DNA of 64,000 nucleotides from Candidatus Eiseniibacteriota bacterium (GTDB lineage: Bacteria > Eisenbacteria > RBG-16-71-46): the NCBI GenBank assembly GCA_963707915.1, contig OY970178.1:512001-576000 (forward strand), given 5' to 3'. The notes below the pieces were generated by a model that saw nothing but the letters and a program-made list of their open reading frames with translations, made no database searches and was not told the origin of the DNA. A program made the translations under genes and the position numbers. How positions within the stretch are numbered: the stretch's first letter is position 1; every line of letters starts with the position of its first letter. This document shows positions 47,843 through 57,927 of this stretch, one piece after another.

Positions 47843-47945
47843 CCGACGCTTCTTGTGGATACGGGGGAGTCCCTGTAACCGGTGGCTGCGGCTCGCCGTG
47901 GCCCCGCCGAGGCTCGCCCGACGGGATCGTGTAGCGGAGGATGGC

Positions 47946-48377
47946 ATGAAGACTTATTCCGCCCGGCCGACCGACGTCCAGCGGCAGTGGCTGGTCGTGG
48001 ATGCCGAGGGCAGGACGCTGGGGCGGCTCGCGACTCAGGTTTCGATGGTGCTGCGAGGCAAGCACAAGGCGATCTACACGCCCCACATCGACACCGGCGA
48101 CCACGTCGTCGTGATCAACGCGAGCAAGGTGGTCCTCACCGGTCGCAAGCCCGAGGACAAGCGGTACTTCCACCACTCGATGTACCCGGGCGGCGCCTCG
48201 TGGACCTCGATCCGCGAGCTCATGGCCAAGCATCCCGAACGGGTCGTGATGAAGGCGGTGCACGGCATGATGCCCAAGACGAAGCTGGGCCGGGCCATGG
48301 AGAAGAAGCTCAAGGTGTACGCGGGGGCGGAGCACCCGCACGTGGCGCAGCAGCCGGTTCTCTGGAACCCCGAGTAG
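47946..48377 (+). CDS. rplM: 50S ribosomal protein L13
   Basis: WLVVDA....LGRLA, LRGKHK..YTPH.DTGD. Confidence 0.98.
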   Translation: MKTYSARPTDVQRQWLVVDAEGRTLGRLATQVSMVLRGKHKAIYTPHIDTGDHVVVINASKVVLTGRKPEDKRYFHHSMYPGGASWTSIRELMAKHPERVVMKAVHGMMPKTKLGRAMEKKLKVYAGAEHPHVAQQPVLWNPE

Positions 48378-48390
48378 GACGAGGAGAGGC

Positions 48391-48789
48391 ATGGCGACCG
48401 AGATCACGAACAAGCCCCTGACGGGGCGGCGCAAGCAGGCGGTGGCCCGCGCGTTGTTGACGCCCGGCAATGGCAAGCACCTGGTGAACGACCGCACCCC
48501 GCTCGAGTACCTGACGCGGGAGACGCTGGTCCAGACGGCCTTCCACGCGCTGGTCGTGGCGGGCGCCGAGGGCAAGTTCAACGTCGTGGCGCGGGTGCAC
48601 GGCGGCGGGCTCACGGGCCAGGCCGGCGCCATCCGTCTCGCCGTGGCGCGGGCGCTGGTGCGCCAGGACGAGGCCCTGCGTGCCGTGCTCGGCCGCGCCG
48701 GGCTGCTGACGCGCGATCCGCGCATGAAGGAACGCAAGAAGTACGGACAGCCGGGGGCGCGCAAGCGCTTCCAGTTCAGCAAGCGCTAG
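48391..48789 (+). CDS. rpsI: 30S ribosomal protein S9
   Basis: TGRRK, GGGLTGQAGA, ERKKYG..GARKRFQFSKR. Confidence 0.98.
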   Translation: MATEITNKPLTGRRKQAVARALLTPGNGKHLVNDRTPLEYLTRETLVQTAFHALVVAGAEGKFNVVARVHGGGLTGQAGAIRLAVARALVRQDEALRAVLGRAGLLTRDPRMKERKKYGQPGARKRFQFSKR

Positions 48790-48802
48790 TCCGGGAAACC
48801 AA

Positions 48803-48883
48803 ACCACACGCCCTGCCGGAGCGCCGGGGTCCCCGAGGGGGGCCGCGCTCGTGGACGACGGACGGGGCGGAGGGCAGAACCCC
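48803..48883 (+). ncRNA. rpsB leader (S2 autoregulatory, t44-like) RNA
   Basis: CACACG...CCGGGGT-CCCC-GA-GGGG...GGAGGGCAGAACCCC. This mirrors the E. coli rpsB leader, including GGGGU/ACCCC complementarity. Confidence 0.7.
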
Positions 48884-48890
48884 GAGGAGG

Positions 48891-49661
48891 ATGGTCGTGG
48901 CGGACATCGTGATGAAGGAACTGCTCGAAGCCGGTGTGCACTTCGGGCATCAGACGCGGCGGTGGAATCCGCAGATGAAGAAGTTCATCTTCATGGAGCG
49001 GAACGGCATCTACATCATCGACCTCCAGAAGACGCTGAAGTGCGCGCAGGAGGCGAAGGCCGTGATCGAGAAGGTGGTGCGCGGCGGGGGGCACGTGCTC
49101 TTCATCGCGACCAAGAAGCAGGCCAAGCCCATCGTGGTCGAAGAGGCCACGCGCTGCGGCCAGTACCACGTGACCGAGCGCTGGCTGGGCGGCATGCTCA
49201 CGAACTTCAAGACCATCCGGACGAGCATCAAGCGGTTGCACGATCTCGACCGCATGGCGACCGACGGGACGTTCGAGAAGATGAGCAAGAAGGAGGTCTC
49301 GCGCCTGTCGCGCGAGCGCGCCCGCCTGGAGTTCGCCTTCTCGGGCATCAAGGAGATGCCGGGCGTGCCGTCGCTGGTCTTCGTGATCGACACCAAGAAG
49401 GAGAAGATCGCGATCGCCGAGGCGAACCGCCTCGCGGTCCCGATCGTGGGCGTGGTCGACACCAATTGCGACCCGACCGTGGTGAACTACCCGATCCCGG
49501 GGAACGACGACGCGATCCGCTCCATCCGCCTGTTCACGCGCATGGTCGCGGACACCATCCTCGAGACGCGCGCCGTCGCCCTGGAGGGCGCCGACCAGGA
49601 GACCGTCTCGTTCGGCGGCGAAGAGGCCGAGGGCGAGGTCCAGACCGCGAGCCCTCGGTAA
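48891..49661 (+). CDS. rpsB: 30S ribosomal protein S2
   Basis: LLEAGVHFGHQTRRWNP, RWLGGMLTN, IPGNDDAIRS. Confidence 0.98.
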   Translation: MVVADIVMKELLEAGVHFGHQTRRWNPQMKKFIFMERNGIYIIDLQKTLKCAQEAKAVIEKVVRGGGHVLFIATKKQAKPIVVEEATRCGQYHVTERWLGGMLTNFKTIRTSIKRLHDLDRMATDGTFEKMSKKEVSRLSRERARLEFAFSGIKEMPGVPSLVFVIDTKKEKIAIAEANRLAVPIVGVVDTNCDPTVVNYPIPGNDDAIRSIRLFTRMVADTILETRAVALEGADQETVSFGGEEAEGEVQTASPR

Positions 49662-49734
49662 CCGGGGACCGGGTTCGATGGACGCCCGTCCGTGAGTTCG
49701 TCGCGGGCGGGCGTCGTGACGACAGGGGAGTGAG

Positions 49735-50331
49735 ATGACGATCACCGCCGAACAGGTGAAACAACTCCGGGACCGCACCGCGGCCGGGATGATGGAGTGC
49801 AAGAAGGCGCTGAACGAGGCCGGCGGCGACCTGGAGAAGGCCGTCGACCTGCTGCGCAAGGCCGGCAACGCGCGGATGGAGGGGCGGGTCGGGCGCGCCG
49901 CGAACGAGGGCCTGGTGGAGGCGTACATCCACCCGGGAAACCGCACGGGCGTGCTCATCGAGGTGAACTGCGAGACCGACTTCGTCGCGCGCACCCCCGA
50001 GTTCGCGGAGCTCGTGCGCAACCTCGCCATGCAGGTGGCGGCCCTGGGCGCGGAGTTCGTGAAGCGCGAGGACGTGCCGGCGGAGCGGGTGGAGCGCGAG
50101 CGGGCCATCTACGCGGGCCAGGTCGAGGGGCAGGGCAAGCCGGCGGCCATCGTCGAGAAGATCGTGGAAGGCAAGCTCGAGCGGTTCTATGCCGAGGTGT
50201 GCCTGCTCGACCAGCCGTACATTCGCGACGACAAGATGAAGGCCGGCGACCTGGTGCGGGACGCCGCCCGCAAGACGGGCGAGAACGTCTCCGTGCGTCG
50301 CTTCACGCGGTTCCGGCTCGGACAGGACTGA
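49735..50331 (+). CDS. tsf: Elongation factor Ts (short form)
   Basis: [29 protein letters not shown]. 198 aa. Confidence 0.97.
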   Translation: MTITAEQVKQLRDRTAAGMMECKKALNEAGGDLEKAVDLLRKAGNARMEGRVGRAANEGLVEAYIHPGNRTGVLIEVNCETDFVARTPEFAELVRNLAMQVAALGAEFVKREDVPAERVERERAIYAGQVEGQGKPAAIVEKIVEGKLERFYAEVCLLDQPYIRDDKMKAGDLVRDAARKTGENVSVRRFTRFRLGQD

Positions 50332-50335
50332 CCCG

Positions 50336-51049
50336 GTGGCCGGCCGCTGGCAGCGAGTGCTGCTGAAACTCTCGGGCGAGCTGCTCGCCGGGGGGGCCGG
50401 TCACGGCATCGACGAGTCGGTGCTGGACTCGCTGGCCGACGAGATCCGGGACGTGCGCGGGCACGGCGTCGAGGTCGGGATCGTGACCGGCGGCGGGAAC
50501 ATCTTCCGGGGCCTCGCGGCGAGCACGCGCGGGATGGACCGGGTCGGCGCCGACACCATGGGGATGCTGGCCACGGTCATCAACGGGCTGGCGCTGCAGC
50601 ACGCCCTCGAGAAGCGCGGTGTCCACACCCGCGTGATGTCGGCGATCGAGATGGACCGCGTGTGCGAGCCCTACATCCGGCGGCGCGCGGTGCGCCACCT
50701 CGAGAAGGGGCGCGTGGTCGTGCTGGTCGCGGGGACCGGCAACCCGTACTTCACCACCGACACCGCCGCGGCCCTGCGGGCCGTCGAGATCGGTGCCGAG
50801 GTGGTGCTCAAGGCCACCAAGGTGGATGGTATCTTCAGCAGCGATCCGGTCACCCACCCGGACGCGGTGTTCTATCCCGGCATCACCTATCAGGAGATCC
50901 TCGATCGCGGTCTCGCGATCATGGATCTGACGGCGATCACCCTGCTCAAGGAGAACCGCCTGCCGCTGGTGGTCTTCAACGTGGGTCAGCGGGGGAACCT
51001 GCTGAAGCTGGTGCAGGGGGAGGCGCTGGGGACCTCGGTCACGGAGTGA
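50336..51049 (+). CDS. pyrH: UMP kinase
   Basis: [27 protein letters not shown]. Confidence 0.97.
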   Translation: MAGRWQRVLLKLSGELLAGGAGHGIDESVLDSLADEIRDVRGHGVEVGIVTGGGNIFRGLAASTRGMDRVGADTMGMLATVINGLALQHALEKRGVHTRVMSAIEMDRVCEPYIRRRAVRHLEKGRVVVLVAGTGNPYFTTDTAAALRAVEIGAEVVLKATKVDGIFSSDPVTHPDAVFYPGITYQEILDRGLAIMDLTAITLLKENRLPLVVFNVGQRGNLLKLVQGEALGTSVTE

Positions 51050-51054
51050 CGGCC

Positions 51055-51612
51055 ATGACGCACAAGATGCTGGTCGAAGCCGAAGATCGGATGAAGAAGG
51101 CGGTCGAGGGGGTGCGCCGGGAGCTGACCGGCATCCGCTCGGGCAAGGCGAGCCCGGCGCTGCTCGACAGCGTGCGCGTGGAGGCGTACGGGCAGGTCGT
51201 GCCCCTGATCCAGGTGGGGCAGGTGTCCGCGCCCGAGCCGCGGCTGCTCATGGTGCAGCCCTACGACCGCAGCCTGGTGAAGGTGGTGGCCCGGGCGATC
51301 CTGCAGTCGGACCTGGGCCTCAACCCGACCGACGACGGGTCGGTCGTGCGCGTGCCGATCCCGACCCTGACGGAGGAGCGGCGCCGGGACCTGGTGAAGC
51401 TGGTGTCGAAGTTCGCCGAGGAAGGCCGCGTGCACATCCGGCAGATCCGTCACGACGTCATCCACGACCTCAAGAAGCAGGGCAAGGAAGGCACGCTCCC
51501 CGAGGACGAGGAGCGCCGGCTCGAGACCGAGACGCAGAAGCTGACCGACCGGTACATCGTGGTCGTGGACGAGCTGCTGAAGAAGAAGACGGCCGAGGTC
51601 ATGGAGGTCTAG
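51055..51612 (+). CDS. frr: Ribosome recycling factor
   Basis: IRSGKASP.LLD, PTLTEERR.DLVK. Confidence 0.97.
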   Translation: MTHKMLVEAEDRMKKAVEGVRRELTGIRSGKASPALLDSVRVEAYGQVVPLIQVGQVSAPEPRLLMVQPYDRSLVKVVARAILQSDLGLNPTDDGSVVRVPIPTLTEERRRDLVKLVSKFAEEGRVHIRQIRHDVIHDLKKQGKEGTLPEDEERRLETETQKLTDRYIVVVDELLKKKTAEVMEV

Positions 51613-51683
51613 CGCGCGCGGTCGCAGGACCGCCCACGCTGGCGCCCCCGCGCCGGGAGCCGTGCCGGGCCCCGGGAGGATCG

Positions 51684-52427
51684 GTGCCCACGCGCATCCC
51701 GACGATCGAGGAACTGAAGGCCCGCGGCAACCTGCCGCGCCACGTCGCCATCATCATGGATGGCAACGGGCGCTGGGCGAAGGCCCGCGGCGCGCCCCGG
51801 CTGTTCGGACACCGCGCCGCGCGGGAGTCGGTGCGCGAAGCGGTGCGCGGTTGCGCCGCGCTGGGGGTCGAGGTCCTCACCCTCTACACGTTCTCGACCG
51901 AGAACTGGGACCGGCCGGCGCGCGAGGTCGCGGCGCTGATGGCCCTGCTGCGTGCGAGCCTGCGCCACGAGCGGGCCGAGCTCAAGGCCAACAACGTGCG
52001 CCTGCAGGTCATCGGGCGCATCGCCGACCTCCCCGCGCCGGTGCGGCGCGCCATCGCGGAGACCCAGGAGCACCTGGCCGGCTCCACCGGGATGCTGTTG
52101 AACCTGGCCCTGTCCTACGGCGGCCGGGTCGAGCTGGTGGATGCCGTCCGCCGCATCCTGGGAGAGGGCGCGGAGCGGCGCCTGTCGCCCAAGGACGTGG
52201 ACGAGGAACTGGTGGCGAGCTTCCTCTACACCGCCGGGCTGCCCGACCCGGACCTGCTCATCCGCACCAGCGGGGAGATGCGCATCTCCAACTTCATGCT
52301 CTGGCAGCTCGCCTACACCGAATTCTGGGTGACGGACACGCTGTGGCCCGACTTCCGGCGCCGGCACCTCTTCCAGGCGGTCGCGGAATACCAGCGCCGG
52401 GAACGGCGCTTCGGCCGGGTGGACTGA
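51684..52427 (+). CDS. uppS: Undecaprenyl diphosphate synthase
   Basis: HVAIIMDGNGRWA, FSTENW, DLLIRTSGEMRISNF. Confidence 0.97.
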   Translation: MPTRIPTIEELKARGNLPRHVAIIMDGNGRWAKARGAPRLFGHRAARESVREAVRGCAALGVEVLTLYTFSTENWDRPAREVAALMALLRASLRHERAELKANNVRLQVIGRIADLPAPVRRAIAETQEHLAGSTGMLLNLALSYGGRVELVDAVRRILGEGAERRLSPKDVDEELVASFLYTAGLPDPDLLIRTSGEMRISNFMLWQLAYTEFWVTDTLWPDFRRRHLFQAVAEYQRRERRFGRVD

Positions 52428-52428
52428 C

Positions 52429-53328
52429 GTGGACGGGGGACCGGGGCCGGCGGAGGGCGAGGGCGGGGCGGCGGCGGGCCGCGCGAAGAGCGCGCCGTGG
52501 TCGCTGTGGCTGCGCATCGCGAGCGGCGTGGTCTTCGTGCCCCTGCTGGTGCTGCTGGCCCGCGCGGGCGGCGTCGCCTTCGCCGGGCTGGTCGCGCTGG
52601 TGGTGACGGTCGGGCTGCGCGAGTTCTACCGGATGATGCGGGGCAAGGGCCTCTTCCCGTACCCGCTCCTGGGACTGCTGGGCGGTCTGGGCGTGGTGGC
52701 GAAGTGCTTCCGGCCCCACCAGAGCCAGAGCGACCTGCTATTGACCGGGGCCGTGCTGGTCACGCTGGGGCTGGGCCTGCGGCGCCCGGACCTGAAGGGC
52801 CGCGTCGAGGGCATGGCGGTGACGCTCTTCGGCGTGCTCTACGTCGGCTGGCTGTCCGCGCACCTGGTGCTGTTGCGGGAGCTGCCGTGGCGCGCCGGCA
52901 CGCCGTATGCGGACGGCGCGGCCTACGTGCTGCTCGCCTTCTTCCTGACCTGGAGCTGCGACACGGCGGCGTACGCGGTGGGGCGTGCCTTCGGGCGCAC
53001 GCGGCCGTGGACGCGGATCTCCCCGCGCAAGTCGGTGGAGGGGGCGTGGGGTGGACTGGCCGCGGCGGTGGTGGCGGGCTTCGTGGCGCGGGCCTGGTTC
53101 GCGCCGTTCCTCACCCTGCTGGACGCCGCGGTGCTGGGCCTTGGCGTCGGCGTGTTCGCGCAGGTCGGGGACCTGGTCGAGTCGATGCTCAAGCGCGACG
53201 CGCAGCACGGCGACTCCTCGGACTTCATCCCGGGCCACGGTGGCGTGCTCGACCGCTTCGACTCGCTGCTGTTCGCGGCTCCGCTGGTGTTCTACTACCT
53301 CAAGATCGCCGTCTTCCGGATCCCGTGA
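52429..53328 (+). CDS. cdsA: Phosphatidate cytidylyltransferase
   Basis: DTAAY, ISPRKSVEG, GDLVESMLKR, IPGHGGVLDRFDS. Confidence 0.95.
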   Translation: MDGGPGPAEGEGGAAAGRAKSAPWSLWLRIASGVVFVPLLVLLARAGGVAFAGLVALVVTVGLREFYRMMRGKGLFPYPLLGLLGGLGVVAKCFRPHQSQSDLLLTGAVLVTLGLGLRRPDLKGRVEGMAVTLFGVLYVGWLSAHLVLLRELPWRAGTPYADGAAYVLLAFFLTWSCDTAAYAVGRAFGRTRPWTRISPRKSVEGAWGGLAAAVVAGFVARAWFAPFLTLLDAAVLGLGVGVFAQVGDLVESMLKRDAQHGDSSDFIPGHGGVLDRFDSLLFAAPLVFYYLKIAVFRIP

Positions 53329-54488
53329 GCACGGCGGTGAAGCGACTCGCCGTGCTGGGTTCGACCGGCTCGATCGGGACCCAGGCCCTCGAGGTCGCCG
53401 CACGGGCGCGCGGGCGCGTGCAGGTCGTGGCCCTGGCCGTCGGTCGATCGTTGGACGCGCTGGTGGCGCAGGCGCGCGTTTGGCGCCCCGCCGCGCTGGC
53501 GCTCGAGTACGCGGCGGACGGTGCCGCGGCGCGGGCGGCCCTGCAGGCGGCGGCGCCGGGCGCCGCCGTCGAGGTCGGGCCGGGTGCGGCGGCCCGGCTG
53601 GCGGCCGGGTGCGGTGCGGACGTGGTGCTGAACGGCATCGTGGGATCGGCCGGGCTGCGCGCCTCGCTCGCGACCCTCGCCCGCGGGGCGCGCCTGGCGC
53701 TCGCCAACAAGGAATCGCTGGTGGTGGGAGGGGCGTTGGTGAGGGCCGCGCTGGCGAAGGGCGGCGAGGTCGTCCCCGTGGACAGCGAGCACAGCGCCGC
53801 CCTCCAGTGCCTCGGCGGGCGCCCGCCGCGGGAGGTCCTGCGCCTGACGCTCACCGCCTCGGGCGGGGCGTTGCGGGGCCATCCGGACTGGCGGCGCGCG
53901 ACGCGCGAGGAGGTGCTGGCCCACCCGGTTTGGAGCATGGGTCCGCGCATCACGGTGGATTCCGCGCTGCTGTTCAACAAGGGACTCGAGCTGATCGAGG
54001 CCCAGGCGCTCTTCGGGCTGGAGTGGGAGCAGCTCGGCGCGGTGCTGCACCCGCAGACCGTGGTCCACGCCGTGGTGTCGTTCCGGGACGGCTCGTCGGT
54101 CGTGCAGGCGGCGGTGCCGGACATGCGGCTGCCGATCCAGCTCGCGCTCTCGTGGCCGGAGCGCTGGGACGAGGCCGTGCGCCCGCTCGACCCGGTGGCG
54201 CTCGGCGGCCTCGAGTTCGCGCCGCTCTGCGCCGACCGCTTCCCGGCGTTCGCGCTCGCGCTCGCGGCGGGACGGGCGGGCGGCACGGCGCCGTGTGCCC
54301 TCAACGGGGCGGACGAGGTGGCGGTCGCCGCGTTCCTGGATGGCGCGATCACGCTCGACCAGGTCCCGGAGGTGGTCGCGCGGGTGGTGGAGGCGCACCG
54401 CGTGGAGGTGGTGGAGTCGGTGGAACAGCTGGAGCGCGTGGACGCGTGGGCGCGGGAAGCGGCACGCGTCGCGGTGTCGGCGCGATGA
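53325..54488 (+). CDS. dxr: 1-deoxy-D-xylulose-5-phosphate reductoisomerase
   Basis: LGSTGSIG, LANKESLV, PVDSEHSA, HPVWSMG..ITVDSA..NKGLE. Confidence 0.97.
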   Translation: MSTAVKRLAVLGSTGSIGTQALEVAARARGRVQVVALAVGRSLDALVAQARVWRPAALALEYAADGAAARAALQAAAPGAAVEVGPGAAARLAAGCGADVVLNGIVGSAGLRASLATLARGARLALANKESLVVGGALVRAALAKGGEVVPVDSEHSAALQCLGGRPPREVLRLTLTASGGALRGHPDWRRATREEVLAHPVWSMGPRITVDSALLFNKGLELIEAQALFGLEWEQLGAVLHPQTVVHAVVSFRDGSSVVQAAVPDMRLPIQLALSWPERWDEAVRPLDPVALGGLEFAPLCADRFPAFALALAAGRAGGTAPCALNGADEVAVAAFLDGAITLDQVPEVVARVVEAHRVEVVESVEQLERVDAWAREAARVAVSAR

Positions 54489-54549
54489 ACCGGGCCGGCC
54501 TGCGGCTCGCGCGCCGGAGACGACGGGTGACGTCGTCGCACCGGCGGGC

Positions 54550-54579
54550 TTGACCCCCTGCGCCGGAGCGCGATAGCCT
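54550..54579 (+). promoter_or_regulatory. Putative sigma70 promoter of rseP
   Basis: TTGACC-N18-TAGCCT. Confidence 0.45.
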
Positions 54580-54611
54580 CGCAGAAACCGGCCCCTTAGA
54601 AGGGAACCCTC

Positions 54612-55988
54612 TTGCACTGGATGAGCGTCGTGAAGGCCATGGCCCCCGGCATCGTGCTGCTGGGCCTCGTCATATTCGTGCACGAGCTGGGGCACTTCCT
54701 CGCCGCCAAGCTGCGGGGGGTGCGGGTCACGCGCTTCTCGATGGGGTTCGGCCCCGCGATGCTCAGCACGACGCGGGGCGGGACCGAGTACCGGCTGGCG
54801 TGGTTCCCGCTCGGCGGTTACGTCCAGATGGCCGGCGACAGCCCGGGCGAGGACGGCGCCATGCCCGGCCGGCGCGAGGAGTTCCTCTCGCACCCGTGGC
54901 CGGGCCGGCTGCTCATCGCCCTCGCCGGCCCGATGGCGAACCTGTTCACCGCCTTCCTCGTGATGGTCTCGGTGGGGCTGGTCGGGGTCCAGTACCCGGA
55001 CTTCCCGAACCAGCTCGGCGCCACCCCCGACACCAGCCAGGCGTTCCAGGCGGGCCTGCGCGAGGGGGACCGCGTGCTGGAGGTGGGCGGCCGGCCGGTG
55101 AAATCGTGGATCGAGATCTTCACGAAGAGCGAGCGCCAGCCCGCCGACCGCCCCCTGCCGGTGGTCGTGCAGCGGGGAGCGGCGCGGATCGCGGTCACGC
55201 TCGCCCCGGAACGGCGCGAGCCGGTGTTGTCGAGCCTGCGCCGCCCGTCCGATCCGCCGGTGGTGGGAGTGGTGGTGACCGGCATGCCGGCATACAAGGC
55301 CGGGCTCAAGGAGGGCGACCTCATCCTGACCGTGAACGGCAGGCCCGTCCGGGCGTGGGAGGAACTGCCGGCCATGCTCCAGGACCAGGCGGACGTCCCG
55401 GTGAAGCTGCGGGTGCGGCGCGACGGCATGGACTTCGACCTCACGGTGACGCCGATGAGCTCGGGCGAAGGCGTCTCGGGCGGCCGCATCGGGATCGAGG
55501 CCCCGCGGCACGGCACCTACGTCGAGCGGCACAACCTGGTCGAGTCGGTGGACATGGGCTTCCGCGCCACCGGCGCGCTGATCGTCAACGTGTACGCCGG
55601 CATGTGGCTCACCGTGAGCCGCCCGATCTACTACCGCGAGTACCTCGGGGGACCGCTCTTCATCGCCCAGGCCGCCAGCCAGCAGGCGCAGCGCGGCCTC
55701 GACTCGTACCTGCAGTTCCTGGCCATGATCAACATCGCCATCATGGCCTTCAACCTGCTCCCCATCCCCATCCTCGACGGCGGCCACATCGTGCTCGCCC
55801 TGCTGGAGGCGGCGCGGCGCCAGGCCATCTCGGCCCGCGGCTACATCTGGTTCCAGAAGATCGGGCTGGTGGTGATGGGTGCGCTCTTCATCATGATCCT
55901 GGCCAATGACCCGTTGCGGTGGCTGCAGCGCCAGCGCGCGCTCGACCGGGCTCCCCAGGAAGAGAAGCTTGCCCCGACGCCGCCCTAG
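54612..55988 (+). CDS. rseP: Intramembrane zinc metalloprotease RseP with two PDZ domains
   Basis: HELGH, PLGGYV, AGPMAN, NLLPIPILDGG. Confidence 0.96.
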   Translation: MHWMSVVKAMAPGIVLLGLVIFVHELGHFLAAKLRGVRVTRFSMGFGPAMLSTTRGGTEYRLAWFPLGGYVQMAGDSPGEDGAMPGRREEFLSHPWPGRLLIALAGPMANLFTAFLVMVSVGLVGVQYPDFPNQLGATPDTSQAFQAGLREGDRVLEVGGRPVKSWIEIFTKSERQPADRPLPVVVQRGAARIAVTLAPERREPVLSSLRRPSDPPVVGVVVTGMPAYKAGLKEGDLILTVNGRPVRAWEELPAMLQDQADVPVKLRVRRDGMDFDLTVTPMSSGEGVSGGRIGIEAPRHGTYVERHNLVESVDMGFRATGALIVNVYAGMWLTVSRPIYYREYLGGPLFIAQAASQQAQRGLDSYLQFLAMINIAIMAFNLLPIPILDGGHIVLALLEAARRQAISARGYIWFQKIGLVVMGALFIMILANDPLRWLQRQRALDRAPQEEKLAPTPP

Positions 55989-57927
55989 GCTCCGCGCGCG
56001 GGACGGGCGACGGACGGTCGCCGTTCTGCTGGGGCTCCTCCTGTCCATCCCGGGCCCCGCCGCTTCCCGGAGCGATCTCGAGAGCCAGCTCAAGACGGTC
56101 GCCGCGGTCGGGATGCGTGGCCGGCACTCGGTGAGCGCCGGCGAGCTCCGCGCGGTCCTGAAGACCCGGCCGCCGTCGTTCTGGCCGTGGACGGAACGGC
56201 AGCCGCTGCGCACCGACTTCGTCAACGCGGACTGCGCGGCCATCGAGGGGGTCTACCACCAGCACGGCTTCCTCGACGCCACCGTGCGGGACAGCCTCCT
56301 GCCGGTGAGGGACCCGGGCCGGGTGCGCGTGCTGTTCCTGGTCCACGAGGGCCCGCGCTCGCGCATCGCCACGGTGGACTTCGAGGGCGTGCGGGCGGTG
56401 CCGGTGGAAGCGCTGCGCCGGGCGATCTACGCCCGGCCGCGCCGGCCCTTCAACCCGGCCTACCTGGTCGCCGACACGGCGATCATCGCGCGCGAGGAAG
56501 GCGAACGCGGGCACCTCCCGCGCGTCGTCGGCACGGCGAGGCGCGACGAGCGGGACTCGCTCCAGGTGCGCGTGGTCTACCGGGTGGAGGAGGGGCCGGC
56601 CTACCGGGTCGGCGCGGTCCACATCGTGAGGCCGGAGTCCCTGCGGGTGAGCGAGCGCCTGGTGTGGCGGGAACTGCTGCTCAAGCCCGGGAGCGTCTAC
56701 CGGCAGTCGAAGATGCAGGAGACCGAGGAGCGGCTCTACGAGACCGGGCTGTTCAGCGAGGCGCAGGTCAGCCCCCGGCCCGACTCCGCGAACAACCGGA
56801 TGGAGTTCCTCGTGCGGGTGCGGGAGCGCAAGCTGCGGTGGCTGGACGCCGGGGTGGGCAGCGGCACGCAGGAGCGTCTGCGCTTCGAAGGGGAGTGGGG
56901 GCACCGCAACCTGGGCAAGCACGGCCTGCAGGGCCTGCTCGGGGCGCGCCTCGCGCTCGACAAGGACGCGAAGTTCCTGCTGTCGCGGGGCGAGGCGTCG
57001 GTGCTGGAGCCGTGGCTGCTCGGGACGCGCAACCGGGCCCAGGTGACGGTCTACATCGAGAAGCGCAAGGACTTCCGCGTCGACACGCTCGAGATCGAGA
57101 AGCGGGCGCGCGGGGTCGCCTTCCAGGTGCAGCGCGGCTTCGGTCGGCTCGCCTACGTGAGACTCACGCAGGACAACACCTGGGTGGTGGACCAGCGGGC
57201 GACGTTCCTCACCGCCGCGCTGTCGCCCGCGGTGCGCGACAGCCTGCTGCAGGGGTTCCTGCCGTCGTACTCGACGCATCGCGTGCAGCTGTCCGGGATG
57301 CGCGACCGGCGCGACAACCCGCTCAGCACCACGCGCGGCAACCTGCAGGTGGCCTCGGCGGACCTCGCGGGCGGGCCGTTCAAGGGCTCCACCAGCTTCA
57401 CCAAGTTCCAGGTCAGCTCGTCGTGGTTCGCGCCGCTGCGCCACCCGGGATGGGTGCTGGCGGCGCGCGCGCGCGGCGGGGTGGTGAAGCCCTTCGGCGC
57501 GGGCCAGGACTTCATCCCCCTGGCCGGCGTCGACCGCGAGGTCGCGCGGGTCCCCACCGAGGACTTGTTCCGCCTCGGCGGGGTGAATTCGGTCCGCGGC
57601 TACGCCGAGAATGAGATCGCGTCCACCGGGGGGCTCGCGCTGCTGAACGCCAACCTGGAGCTGCGCGTCCCGGTCGTGGGGCTGTTCGGCCTGGAGCTGT
57701 TCCTGGACGCCGGGAACGTATGGGCGCGGCCCGAGTTCATCCGGGCCGCGGATTTCACGCCGCGCTTCGGGCGCGCGACGCTGGGTGCCAACGACGTGCG
57801 GTACGTGATCGGGGTGGGGGGGCGGTTCAACCTGGCCTTCGCGCCCGTGCGATTGGACGTCGCGTGGGGCGCGGAGGCCGGCCACCGTGTCGGCAGCGTG
57901 CAGTTCGCCGTCGGCCCGACCTTCTGA
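55969..57927 (+). CDS. tamA: Omp85-family outer-membrane protein, TamA-like (about three POTRA domains)
   Basis: Signal peptide, POTRA motifs (YHQHGFLDA, RLYETGLFSE), GGVNSVRGY, FLDAGNVW, and C-terminal FAVGPTF. Abuts a TamB-like gene. Confidence 0.8.
   Translation: MPRRRPRLRARDGRRTVAVLLGLLLSIPGPAASRSDLESQLKTVAAVGMRGRHSVSAGELRAVLKTRPPSFWPWTERQPLRTDFVNADCAAIEGVYHQHGFLDATVRDSLLPVRDPGRVRVLFLVHEGPRSRIATVDFEGVRAVPVEALRRAIYARPRRPFNPAYLVADTAIIAREEGERGHLPRVVGTARRDERDSLQVRVVYRVEEGPAYRVGAVHIVRPESLRVSERLVWRELLLKPGSVYRQSKMQETEERLYETGLFSEAQVSPRPDSANNRMEFLVRVRERKLRWLDAGVGSGTQERLRFEGEWGHRNLGKHGLQGLLGARLALDKDAKFLLSRGEASVLEPWLLGTRNRAQVTVYIEKRKDFRVDTLEIEKRARGVAFQVQRGFGRLAYVRLTQDNTWVVDQRATFLTAALSPAVRDSLLQGFLPSYSTHRVQLSGMRDRRDNPLSTTRGNLQVASADLAGGPFKGSTSFTKFQVSSSWFAPLRHPGWVLAARARGGVVKPFGAGQDFIPLAGVDREVARVPTEDLFRLGGVNSVRGYAENEIASTGGLALLNANLELRVPVVGLFGLELFLDAGNVWARPEFIRAADFTPRFGRATLGANDVRYVIGVGGRFNLAFAPVRLDVAWGAEAGHRVGSVQFAVGPTF

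Noticed and set aside
47853..47945. Possible L13 leader RNA
   Set aside because: I could not recognise conserved motifs by eye. It needs a covariance-model search.
49735..50331. EF-Ts of only 198 aa as a truncation
   Set aside because: It matches the known short EF-Ts class (Thermus/cyanobacterial type) and ends with the normal RRFTRFRLG motif.
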